The notes below the pieces were generated by a model. The model did not search any database. It was given only the letters and a program-made list of their open reading frames with translations, and was not told where the DNA came from. A DNA stretch of 64,000 nt from Emiliania huxleyi CCMP1516 (Eukaryota): positions 134,347 to 198,346 of the forward strand of contig NW_005201277.1 of the NCBI RefSeq assembly GCF_000372725.1, read 5' to 3'. A program made the position numbers and the translations under genes. Of the stretch, positions 45,666 through 56,872 are shown one piece after another; positions within the stretch are counted from its first letter, which is position 1; each line of letters opens with the position of its first letter.

Positions 45666-47008
45666 CTAGAAGCTGGAAGTGAGCGGGATGCCGCGCTCCT
45701 TGCACACGGCCACCAGCTCTGGCTGCTTCTCATTGTCCACGACCAGCTCCTGCACGCGAGGGGAGGTGCGATGGGCATTGGGCGGGGGAGGGGCGTGTGG
45801 CGAGGGGGGGCGTCTCGCGCCTTCAAGCTCGGGGCGGCCCCCTCCTTGAGGGCGGCGGCCAGCGCCTTGCAGCCCTCGTCGCCAATCTTGTTTTGGAAGA
45901 GAGCGAGCTCCTCGAGCCGCGGCGCTGCCCCCTCCTTGAGGGCGGCGGCCAGCGCCTTGCAGCCCTCATCGCCAATCTCGTTCTGCAAGAGATACAGCTT
46001 CTCGAGCCGCGGCGCTGCCCCGCTCGCGAGGACCTCCGCCAGCTGCGCCGCTTCCGCGTCGCCCCAGCCGAGTTCGATGTAGAACAGCTCGGTCGCCTTG
46101 CCAAACTGCTCCTCGAAGGCGCCCTCGTACAGCCCCTTCACCAGCGGCTTGTCGTCCTTGCCGTTGGTGAAGCTCTTCTTCTCCAGCTCCGCCGCGAACG
46201 CAGACGGCAGCAGCGGGGGGCGCCGGCCGCCGCTCTTGACGCAGTCGTCTCGGAGGCTGTCGTAGTCGTACTCCACGCCGGCGCGCATCTTGCCGAGGTC
46301 GAGCGAGAGGGTCCAGTTCTTGGTCAGGCTCGCCCAGCTGTTCTCGACGAAGCACCAGCCGCGGTCAAAGTACTTGGCCACGTTGGTGCCCTCGGCCTGG
46401 TCCTCCGCCTTGTGGCCGTCTGGGAAGGAGGTCAGCCGCAGCACGGTCGTTTTAGGGTGGGAGTAGAGCGTGCCGAGGCAGCCCAGCCCCTGCTTGAAGA
46501 GCGCGTTCTCCTCCTCGGTGCGCATGACGTCGTTGGCCGGGTCGGGGTGCTGGTGCAGCGAGCCGAAGTCCCAAAAGACGCCGAGCCGCGATATGTACGG
46601 ATCGCTGAGCAGAGCCTTGAGCGCCCTTGCGACGCGGGACAGGTTGGCTCCGATCGGGTCGGGGTGGTCCTTGGTCAGCCATGGGTAGGAGAGCGCGGCG
46701 ATGGGAAGGTGAGCCCCGTGATACTCAAGGTAGGCGAACGCCTCGACGAGGTCGGCGAGGGAGAGAAAGGCCTCTTTGGGCAGCGCCTGGCGATGGGTGA
46801 GGACGCCGCCCGCCTCGGCGTGGACGATGATCCAGTGCGCGTCAAGGAGGGCGACGGCGCCGCTCGCGAGGACCGGCTCCAGGTCGCCGCCGCCGAGCCT
46901 GCGCCACAGCTCCAGCTTCTTCTCGTACCGCTCCAGCTTCTCCTCGAAGGTCCTCGGACGCACCCACGAGTCGTAGGTCCGGCCCGGCTTGCTTTTTCCG
47001 CAGCCCAT
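45666..47008 (-). CDS. Myristoylated HET-like domain + RI-like LRR protein (GC-AG intron 45750-45820)
   Basis: MGCGKSK; ALSYPW...HPDP, VFWDFGSLHQ, YFDRGWCFVE, FTNG; LEKLYL.QNEIGDEGCKALA repeats. Confidence 0.8.
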
Positions 47009-47046
47009 GGCTGAACCGATTTGCTTTGCAAAAAAGCGCGCCGCCC

Positions 47047-47215
47047 CAGGGTTCGGACTTTCTGCGGGGTATGGTATGGTTGCCCATACCCCCCCGCATG
47101 TTGACAGACCTGCTCGGGTATGGTATGGCTAGTCTTGGGCGGTCAGGACCATACCCTCCCACCCCTTTGGGCCGTGATGGTACCATACCATACCCCGGAA
47201 AAAGTTGGAACCCAG
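47047..47215. mobile_element. Small MITE with hAT-like CAGGG termini; related single ends at ~22190-22230 and ~43261-43293
   Basis: Imperfect inverted repeat CAGGGTTC..ACTTT.T.CGGGGTATGGTATGGT. Confidence 0.6.
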
Positions 47216-47472
47216 GATAGGGTCCCCTGCACGAGCGGGATCTTTAGGGGAACGGTGGAGGTGAGAGAGGCAGAGAGAGCCCTCTGAGCGGAACGGAACT
47301 GTCTCTGGACGACGGCAGTGGAGCAAGTGAGAGCGAATGAAGTGTGGTACAGGGCCGCCGGAATGCGGAAAGGGCCGGGGCAGGCAGGGGGCGGTCGGCG
47401 GGGGCGCACGCAGCGGCACACAACATGCACATGCACATGCACATGCACATGCACATGCGCACTGTTCATGTC

Positions 47473-49324
47473 TCACATGAGCAGTCGGAGCGCCGTGAGG
47501 CCGAGGCCGGTGAGGGCCGCCATTGTGCCGACCGAGTAGCGCAGCAGGTCTCCCTTCTCCTGCTCGAGAGGAGGGGACAGGTTGGTGGGGGAGCCTTGCA
47601 CTTTGAATGCCGCGCCAGCTCCTGCCTACCTGGGTGTGGAGATGCAAGGGCTAGCCTGGCCTTGCCCTTGTGTGTGTGTGCGTGTGTGTGGAGAAACCTA
47701 CCTCCCTGCCCTACCTCTCCTAGGGTGAGGGAGGGAGAGAGAGCGAGTTAGCATCCCAAGCCCCTTGGGCCCATACCTTGGATACCTTCGCCCCGCTCAG
47801 CCGCCAGGCGTCGGCGAGGGGTGTCGCGTCTTCTCAACGAGACGCTCACTCCTCCTCCTCTCTCCCTACTCCACTACTACTCTCACTCCTCCTCCTCTCT
47901 CACTCCTCCACTACTACTCTCCCTACTCCACTACTACTCTCACTCCTCCTCCTCTCTCACTCCTCCACTACTACTCTCCCTCCTCCTCCTCTCCTGCTCG
48001 ATCTTGGAGCGGATCGCGCTGGCCTCGCGGTCGATCCTGAAGGAGCACGGGGGCCGTCCCTCAGCCGCGCGGGCCTTGGGACGGAGCCGCTGCGCGCTCG
48101 CCCTCGGATTGCTCCTGGCAAACGCCTCCGTCGTGCGCTCGTGCGTCTTTGCGTGCTCCTCTCGCATACGCCCCTTCACGGCAAGGGCGTGGAACGAGTG
48201 GGGCAGCCTCGGGCGCGTCTCGGGCGCGTCTCGGGCGCGTCTCGGGCGCGTCTCGGGAGTGACGCAAGGGGTGCCTCGGGAGTGTCTCGGAGGCGTCTCT
48301 CGGAAGTGCCTCGGAAGTGTCTCGGAAACGTCCCTCACCTGGAACAAGTTGAGGTCGAGCCGGCTCGCAGCCTGCGTCCGCTCGATCTCGTACCGCGTGT
48401 CGGTCCGCTCCTGTTCACAGCCGCAGCTGTGAAGAGACGCCGTTCACACCAGGTGCCGCGTACCGCGCGTGTCGGTCCGCTCCTTGTCTCGCTCGTGCCT
48501 GAGAGGAACAGCGGCGGCGTCACGGAACCCCGACAACCCTTCGTTGCTACGTCCGTCCCGCCGCGCCGCAGTCTGCGCCGCCCAGGCGAATCTCGGGGAA
48601 TCTCGGGCCATCTCGGGGAATCTCGGGCCATCCCGTCCAATCTCGGCCAATCTCGTCTCATCTCGATCTCGCGCCGCAGCTCCAGCCGCAACTTCTCGAG
48701 GTCATTGCGCAGTCGCTCCTATATGGCTCATGGCGCCGCGGCTCGCGCAACGAAGCCACCCGGCGCAGCCCGCTTCGCTGCCGGAGGTCTCCATCTCCCT
48801 CTGAAGCGACGCGTGCTGGCTCTCGAGCGTCACCTGCAGGAAGGCAGTCCCGGGAGCGCTCAGACGAGGTTCGGGCACAGAGAGAAGGAGGTGCGGCCCT
48901 CGAGAGGTCCTCGAGCTTTGTGCGCGCGCTCTCGTGCCGCGTCTCCTGCTGCGACGTGATGAAGGTCAGCTCGGACCGTCCCACGTACTTTGCCTACGCG
49001 TTCCGAGAGGAGGAGAAAGAAGGCTCACGGACTGCGGCTGACTTGCTGAGACAGACGACAAGATTGCCTTGCCTTGGACCGAGACTCCTGCTCCGCCAGC
49101 GACCGCAGCAACAGCCGCGCCAGCACCTCGGCGGTCGGCGGAGGCAGGCCGCCCGCGCGTAGCTCGTGCACCATGCTGAGAGAGTCCAGCGGCGCCGCAG
49201 CCTTCCTCTTTGCGCCTTCCGCTTTCGTGCAGAGGCCGGCGGGGCGCAGCGCTTGCGGTAGCCTGCGCTGGTGCACAGCTCGGCGCGCGCATACGGAGGA
49301 GGCGGCTGCTCGCCACTTCGGCAT
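47473..49324 (-). CDS. DUF1640 / CCDC90-MCUR1-Fmp32-like mitochondrial coiled-coil protein, multi-exon
   Basis: LDSLSMVHEL..GGL....AE, ERLRNDLEKLR.EL, YEIERTQAASRLDLNL, GRMREE, IDRE; C-terminal TM DLLRYSVGTMAALTGLGLTALRLLM*. Confidence 0.8.
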
Positions 49325-49449
49325 CAGTGTTTTGAGCGGGCAGCTTCGGGCACCGATCGGTCCAATGCCAGTCTCCGCGCAGTCGGGCGACGGTCGGCTA
49401 GCTCGCGAGTAGAGGCCCCGCCCACCCAGGGTACCCCTCAAAAGACGAC

Positions 49450-49765
49450 GAACTCGAACGTCGCGTTGACCCGCCCGCCGCCGTCGAGCCAAATCAGCAC
49501 CGCCGCCTCCTCGCCTCGCCAAGCCGCTGCCACAACCTCCTCTGGCACCACCCCGCTGCTCGGCTCGGCCTCCGTGCCTCCCTCGCCGCTCGAAGCAGAG
49601 GCCGCGGCACTCGCACCCACCGCCGCGTCTCCGCCGCCTGCCTCGGCCGACGGTGCCTTGCTCCGGCTCGCAGCCACCTCCCCGAGATGCGTCCTGCGTC
49701 CTGAAGGCCTCGACGCACTCGGCGTGGCCCTTCTCCTTGGCCCAGTGCAGCGCCGTCTTGCCGAA
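49450..49765 (-). pseudogene. Ankyrin-repeat gene fragment with frameshift
   Basis: TALHWAKEKGHAECVEAFR then, in another frame, VVAAAWRGEEAAVLIWLDGGGRVNAT. Confidence 0.55.
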
Positions 49766-50274
49766 CACGCAGTTGATTGATGGGAAGGCGAAACACAGTC
49801 CGACCAACGACTGGGACACCAACGCGGTATGGGTGGACGTGTTGTGCGACGGAGTTTTGTTGTAAAATTCTTTTTTCGCATAACAGGAGCATTTGAGCCC
49901 GAAGGACATCCCGCATACCCGACTGACGTACCTGACGGATACCTGGACGGCATGGGCAGGACGGGTGCTAGGACGGGGCTGTGCTCACTGCTCAAGCCTC
50001 CAGGGATAAAAAAAAGGGTGGCTGGGCTCGTGGCCCAAGATGTACACAATCGTTGTCAGTACTGTTATGTATATGCACTCTGCCCCCTATGCACCAGCTT
50101 CGCATCGTGATATGCATCCTTACCGATCCATAACCCTAGGGCGTATACATTTACGTATTTGCAAAATACGTCGCCCTCTCCCACCCTCGCGCGTCGCGGC
50201 GCGTGAATGCACAACACAGATACATAATACATAGGCGAATGGATGCGCATTACGACCGAGTGTCACATAACTCC

Positions 50275-50505
50275 TATGAATTATGTATTATGCATTTGCA
50301 TTACGCACTGGGAGTCCACATCGTGTGTTATGTATTATGTATTATTATGTATTATGTATTATGTATTATGTATTATGCACTGCCACTGGAAGTCCACATC
50401 GTCTGTTATGTATTATGTATTACGTATTACGTATTACGTATTACGCACTGGGAGTCCACATCGTATGTTATGTATTATGCATTATGTATTATGCATTATG
50501 TATGA
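50275..50505. repeat. AT-rich (TATGTAT)n array with three CACTGG.AGTCCACATCGT units
   Basis: Direct reading of the sequence. Confidence 0.8.
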
Positions 50506-50822
50506 TGTAGACCGGCGAGATGGGGCGCAGCCCCAGCGAGCTCGTTTTTAGAGCGAGCGCAGCGAGCCGATAGAATAGAAAAGGTAGGGTTAGTGTTAAC
50601 CCGGTCGGTGATAAGCCCGGAAATATATGTGACAAGAAGATCCCCAGCGAGCTCCGCTGTTGCCAGTGCACATACAACCCTAGCCAACTTATGGCAGCCC
50701 TAGCGGCAGCGCGAAGTTAGGGTCTGGGCCGGGGGGGGGGGGGGGTTGTTAGGGCTGCATGCTGCGGAGCGGACTCCCCCCCAGCTCTCACACACAACCC
50801 GGCGGAGGGTTGCGGCGCTTGA

Positions 50823-51213
50823 ATACATAATACGGATACGTAATACGTAGTACATAGCCCTCTCCGGCGGGCTTTCGGCGCTTGACACATAATACGGATA
50901 CGTAATGCGTAGTACATAGCCCTCTCCGGCGGGCTTTCGGCGCTTGATGCATAATACGGATACGTAATACGTAGTACATAGCCCTCTCCGGCGGGCTTTC
51001 GGCGCTTGATACATAATACGGATACGTAATGCGTAGTACATAGCTCTCTCCGGCGGGCTTTCGGCGCTTGATACATAATGCGGATACGTAATGCGTAGTA
51101 CATAGCCCTCTCCGGCGGGCTTTCGGTGCTTGATACATAATGCGGATACGTAATGCGTAGTCCATAGCCCTCCCACGTGCAGGCGCCGCTGAGTGATGCA
51201 TAATACGGATACG
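50823..51213. repeat. 62-bp tandem repeat, ~6 copies
   Basis: Units start at 50823, 50885, 50947, 51009, 51071, 51133. Confidence 0.92.
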
Positions 51214-51351
51214 TAAGGTAAGGTAAGGTAAGGTAAACTTCTCCACACACACGAGGTGGTGGGGCAAGGGGGGGCAACCCTCGCGTCTCCACGTCTGACG
51301 ACAGGAGCCCCACGGCATTCAAAGTGCAAGGCCCAGTGCGCGTGGGTGAGC

Positions 51352-51423
<72 letters not shown>

Positions 51424-52510
51424 TCACGTCACTGCATCCTCCGCCGGTTCCTCCCGTCGCCTCTTCTTTGTTCGAATGTTTTTCAATCCATCCTTCACGA
51501 AGCCCTCCCATGTAGCTAGCGTTCTTGGCGAATGTCTCGAAATGGCCAGCAGGCGCTGTCTGCTCGCGGTCTGTGCGGGCCGCTCGTCCTCCTCGCCCTT
51601 CTTTCGTCCTCCCGTCCCACCCCTCCACCATGGCCTTCTCGGCACTTCTTTCTCCATCCGCCTCGCCCTGCCTTTTCGCATCGTGCCGTTCGCCCTCCAT
51701 TCGGTGACCTCCATGGCTGTCCGCCCCTTTTTGGGTGGCGCTCTCGATACGGTTGCGTCAACCTCGACGTCGCTGTCGCCCTCCCCGTCCCCGCCGGCGT
51801 CCGTGCCTCGGTTCGCGTCATCGGTAGCGTCTCCGTTGTTCCCTCGTGCCCCGCCGTCGCCCTCTCTGCTCGGGCCGTTAGCGATTTCGCTCCTCCTGCG
51901 TGTCGCCCCTCCGTCCCCTCCCCTTTCTTCGTCGTCATCGTCGCTGTCGCGAAAGCCCTCCGGTCCCTCGATTCCCTCGCCTATCCCCTCCGCTGCGTCG
52001 TCCCAGTTTATATCCTCATCCTCTGCGCACGTCGCGTTGGCTTCCTCTTTCCCCCTTTCCTCCCTGCCCCTCTCGCTGTCTGGTGTTAATGGACCCCCTT
52101 CCTCTCCCTCGCCACCGTCACCGTCTCCATCCCCGTCGCTACTGCCCTCCATGCCCGCCGCCCTTTGTTTCACACTCGTCTCTGCCATGTCCGCCGTCGC
52201 CGCCGTCCTGTCTGCTGCGCTCTGTGCTCCGTGGTACAGTCGCTTATTGTTGCTCAGGATTAGCTCACGCACCAGGACAGCCTCCTGCTCGTTATTTTGG
52301 CTTGCCGATATGCATCCAAAGTTCCACGCTAGCTCCTCCTTCGTCACGTCTATCTTTTTGCAGTATCTCGCGAATGCCGTCCGCGCTTGCTGGGGTGTTA
52401 TTGCGTTCGGATCCGCCCTGGTCCCCGCCCTGTATCCCATCTCCTTGCGGTGGCTCCTGTATGAGTCCCCATATGACCATGTGATTTCTTGGCCTTCGGA
52501 TACGTAATGT
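51424..52510 (-). pseudogene. Gene fragment beginning with a SET-domain C-terminal motif, followed by an acidic low-complexity region
   Basis: EGQEITWSYGDSY matches the GEE(L/I)T.xY motif; upstream SET motifs absent. Confidence 0.4.
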
Positions 52511-52805
52511 GCATAGCTCATAGCGCCAATGCGACATCGGCAGCGCTGCACTGTTTGCTGAGACATAAAGGCGAAAACATCGTACGTATTGCATAAGACA
52601 CGCTATGGACTATGCATTCGCGCGACGTCTGACCCTGCCAATGCATAGGCAGGACACACGGGTGCATATAGGGCCGGTACGTATGCATAGCAGTACTGAC
52701 AACGTCTCGATGTACAAAGAGGGACAGGCACCAATGCGGCCGCCCAAGCTCACAGATAGCCCCCTTGGGTGGCGGCGGCGGGCACGCGCCATATTGCCGC
52801 AGGCA

Positions 52806-54973
52806 TCAATGCGGCCGCCCAAGCTCACAGGTGGCCCCCTTGGGTGGCGGCGGCGGGCACGTGCCATTGCCGCACGCCAGGCAGCCGCAGCGATCGACGG
52901 CCGCCCACGCTCGCGCGTCCATGTAGTGGATTGCCAGGCTGGTCGCATCGCACCACCGCTGCAGTCCACCGCGGCCGCTGATGTCGTGGAAGCGCTCGTC
53001 GTCGAAATGTCGGATGTCGAGCGCCGCTGTCCACAGTCCGGCGGTGGCGTCGGCGGGCCAGATACGACGAAATGGCAGGCGGCTGTGCGCCACCCATTCG
53101 GCCACATCACGAGAGTAGACCCACCCGAGGCCCGACGGGTAGGGCAGGAAGAGAAAGAGGCCCTCGGCGAAGCTCGGGCGGAGCGATTTGGGCAGCATGC
53201 AGAGCCACAACGACTCGTTGCGCTTCAGCCCGCCCGCACGCAGCCTCTGCACGTCGTCATTACGGCACCCGCGCACGAACCGACCCCAGATGAGGTGCGA
53301 TGTCGGGATCGGCTCGGCGCGGATCGCGCGGAGCAGCGCGTGCACCCGCACGTACGTGTCGTCGTGGATGCGCATGATATAGCCCGCACGCGGGTGCGCC
53401 TCAATCGCCCAGCGGAGCAGTGCGAGCAGCTTGCTGGCCTCGGGGTCCGAACGGCTGCGCGCGGGCACCGCGCCCCCCGGGACAAAGCCGTCGGAGTCGC
53501 TACAGTTGGCCACCAGTATGTCGCCGTGACGCCGCATCTCGGCCCTCACGGAGCGGCGCAGGAGCGCGCTTGCGGCGGAAGAGCCGCCACCACCGCTGCC
53601 GCCGCCGCCGCCGCCGCCGTGGCCGCCGCCGCCGCCACCACCACCATTGCCACCCATGCCCAGCGCATCTGCACCGAGGACGAACGCGAGCGCAACGCGC
53701 TTTGCTAGGTGGTACGACGGGTAGGCGAATGTGAGTGTGTGCAGACCGTGGCGGATCGCGTCGCGGCGCTCCACGTGCGCTGCGCGTCCAAGCACGCCGA
53801 TGACGAGCTCCACGCGAGATGTCGCGGCGGTGGTGTGGGAGGCAGTGGGCGCAGTGGGCAGGGGCTTGGTGCCGTCGTCGTCGTTAGCGGGTGCAATGCG
53901 GCGTGTCGCGGGCCCCGCAGCCCGCAGCGGTGACATGGCCGCGCGACGCATCGGCCACTCCGCCCAAACCCTGCCGCGCAGCGAGCGGTTCGACGCCGCC
54001 TCGGCGGCACGGCACGCGACGCGCGGCAACTCGCATGGCGCCATTGCTGCATAGCGGGCATGCTCGACGGCGTGCGGCGCGCCGGCGTCGACTGCGCGAC
54101 CGCCGGTGTTCCCAGGGAAGCTCCAGGCCGAGCCGTGCAGCAACTTGGCGCCCGAAGTGAGCGAGGCGGCGGACCCATCGTAAAGCGAACCGCACGGCAG
54201 CACCAGCTGCGCGCGCTTCGGCAGAAACCGCAGCGCCGACAACTGAATATTCCACGTGCACGGCAGCTTTGCCACCATGGCTGGATGGCGCGCGAACGCC
54301 GCATTGAACCAGTCCTGGTCGCCAAACTCGAGGCGCGCGGATGGGCCAGCTGCGCCGAGCGCGCGCCACACCGCGTGGCTACTCACGTTGAGCCAATGCT
54401 GGCTGCGCGCGCGGGCGAGGTCCATCAGGACGAGGCCGCCATTGTACGGTGCCGCGGCGTACGGCCTCAACCAATACTGCGGCTTCCACTTGCGCAGACG
54501 GATTGCGTCGAGCGCCATGCCGAAGGCGATTGCTGACGAGGCGGCGCGCGCAGTCTCAAAGACGGCCCATAGTTCCGCCACGTCGGCTCGCCACAGAACG
54601 TCGGCGTCGACGGCGACAAGCGAGATCACGTCCGCTGGCAGCACGTGCGGCAGCGCCACCTTGACAAGGGTTGAAAAGTCGAGAGCGCTGCGCTGAAGTA
54701 GGGCTGAAGCTGAGGCCGGCATCAGCTGCGCCACCGTCTGGAAGACCATTGCGCGCGTGTGAAGCTTGCAGCGCAGCCACGCGCCACCGCATGCGCTCGC
54801 GAGAAACTCTGCAAGAGTGGTATCGCTGGCCTCATCCGCCATCACGTGGATTTGAAGAGGCGACGGCCAGCTGTAGTGGTGGAGCAGCGACTTTATCATG
54901 ACGATTGCCTGCGCGGCGGAGGCGTTGCCGCAGCCAGCGGTCCAAACGTGGAGCGGCGTTCCTCTCGCGTGAT
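52806..54973 (-). CDS. Bifunctional glycosyltransferase: GT8 (LARGE/GXYLT-like) + GT31 (beta-1,3-GalT-like); 5' end lost in the gap
   Basis: MIKSLL, VDADVL, YNGGLVLMDL, GDQDWFN, LPCTWNIQL, LLHG; then ERRDAIR, AEMRRHGDIL, IHDDTYV, YPSGLGWVYSRD. Confidence 0.85.
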
Positions 54974-55073
54974 NNNNNNNNNNNNNNNNNNNNNNNNNNN
55001 NNNNNNNNNNNNNNNNNNNNNNNNNNNNNNNNNNNNNNNNNNNNNNNNNNNNNNNNNNNNNNNNNNNNNNNNN
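54974..55073. other. Assembly gap (N run)
   Basis: N bases. Confidence 1.
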
Positions 55074-55117
55074 TATCCCCTGACTTACCTTCCACGAACC
55101 TTCCGCGAGCCCTCTAG

Positions 55118-55759
55118 GCGCCGTCGTCGTCTTTGGAGGGTGGAGGATGGGCGCGATGGGGCAAGACGTGCTCCTCGGCGATACGTCGCTCCTGCTAGAT
55201 GCGACCCGCCGACACTTCCGAGAGACACTTCCGCGACACTTCCGATACGTCGCTCCTGCTAGATGCGACCCGCCGACGCTGAGAGACACTTCCGAGAGAC
55301 ACTTCCGAGAGACACTTCCGAGAGAGCTCGACCCGCGACACTTCGACGAACCTTACACGAACTGCCTCCGAGACACTTCCGAGAGGCGTCTCCGAACCTG
55401 CCTCAAGCCTGCCAGCCCCGAGCGTGCCTCGTGAGCCTTCCGGGACCCTTCCGGGACCCTTCCGGGACCCTTCCGGGACCCTTCCGGGACCCTTCCCACG
55501 CAGGTACGTGCTCGACCTCGACGCGCCGCAGGTGCACCCGCCCTCGCCCAGCAGCGCTCGCGAGCGGGCCAGCCGCGCGTGGGCCGCCCGTGGTGCGCGG
55601 TCTCCAGGACACGTGGGCGCACGCACGCGGTGGCGCGCGAGGGTCGCGGCGGCCGCCGCGCCGCAGCGTGGCCGATGGGCGTGGATCGCCGCGGGGTGTG
55701 CGGCGGCGCTGCCTCTCCTCGCCCGCGTGGCTCACTCTGGCCTCCGCTGCCTCTGGTAG
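55118..55759 (+). CDS. 3' exons of a Kelch-repeat protein with C-terminal hydrophobic segment
   Basis: Spliced GAVVVFGGW...VLLGDT|YVLDLD; WAWIAAGCAAALPLL near the stop. Confidence 0.55.
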
Positions 55760-56872
55760 CGTGCCGGCGCGGCGCAGGATCCCGGCGGGGCGGCGGGCGG
55801 AGAGGAGGGGGGCGGCGCGAGCGGAAGCGACGGGAGCGGAAGCGACGGGAGCGGAAGCGACGGGCCGCCCTCTGAGCCGACGGGCGGGTGGACGGCGGTC
55901 GGCACCACGCCTAGAAACCACCGCCCCCTACCCCACCGTACCCGAACCCACCCTCCCCTACCCCACGGTACCCGAACCCATGGACGGCGATCGGCCACTA
56001 GGCCTAGAAGAAGACGCGTTCTTGCCTTCCGACTAGGGCTCGACTAGGGCTCGAGTGTGTTCCCCTGTATTCGACCAGTATTCGACCGTATTCATGCTTC
56101 CCCCGAATTCACGCGGTGCTCTGAAAACTTGACACAACACCGTCGTCCCGCCCTGAGGTTGGCGTATTCAGCGCGTAGGCCACCACCCCGTCCTCGGCCC
56201 GCTCGTCGACTACCACGGGCAAGTGGTGCCTCTGCTGGCGCTGATGCAGCACCTCGGGGGCAGCGCGCACGTCGCGCAGGCGGGCGCCAGCGGGAGCGAG
56301 AGCGAGGGCGGGGAGGGGAGCGGGAGCGAGGGCGGGGAGGGACAGGAGGAGAGCGGGAGCGAGGGCGAGCAGGGCGAGGAGTGATCTGGCAGGGCATGGA
56401 CCATGGTCGCAGTGTCGTCTTGGCTTTTGCGGACCCTTTGCCCGCACCACTGCTCCCCAGCACCCAGGGTCGGCGGGGAGGCTGGCCGTGCATGCGAGAG
56501 ACGGTTTGATGAGAGACTGTGGTGCGGTGTGTGCTGCGAGGGTCTCGGTCCTGCCCTCTTGCCGTGCCATCCTCAGGGAATCGCGGCTCAAGCGGGAGGG
56601 AGCGGAGACAGTGGGCACCGAGCGAGGTCTGGGTGAGCGTCGTGTGAGACCTTGATGATTGCTTCTCCGTGCTCCGTCCGACTGAGGTCGGGCGGGCTTC
56701 AGGGGCGCGCTTCTTGCCGGGGGTTGCCGCAGCGGGAGTGGGCGCGAAACATAAGGTTATTTCCATCAAGTTGCGGGCCCGCTCACTTAGGGCGGACTTA
56801 CGCACGTCCCCTCGTCTCCTCGATCGCGATTGCATGGCAGTGTGAGCCCCCTCTTCGCGGCAACTTACACAC

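Noticed and set aside
50823..51213. Regular 62-bp array as a CRISPR
   Set aside because: Whole units repeat with no unique spacers; no cas genes; eukaryotic context
54974..55289. N-terminal extension of the GT8/GT31 ORF across the gap
   Set aside because: Artefact of reading through Ns; sequence past the gap belongs to a plus-strand Kelch gene and its intron repeats
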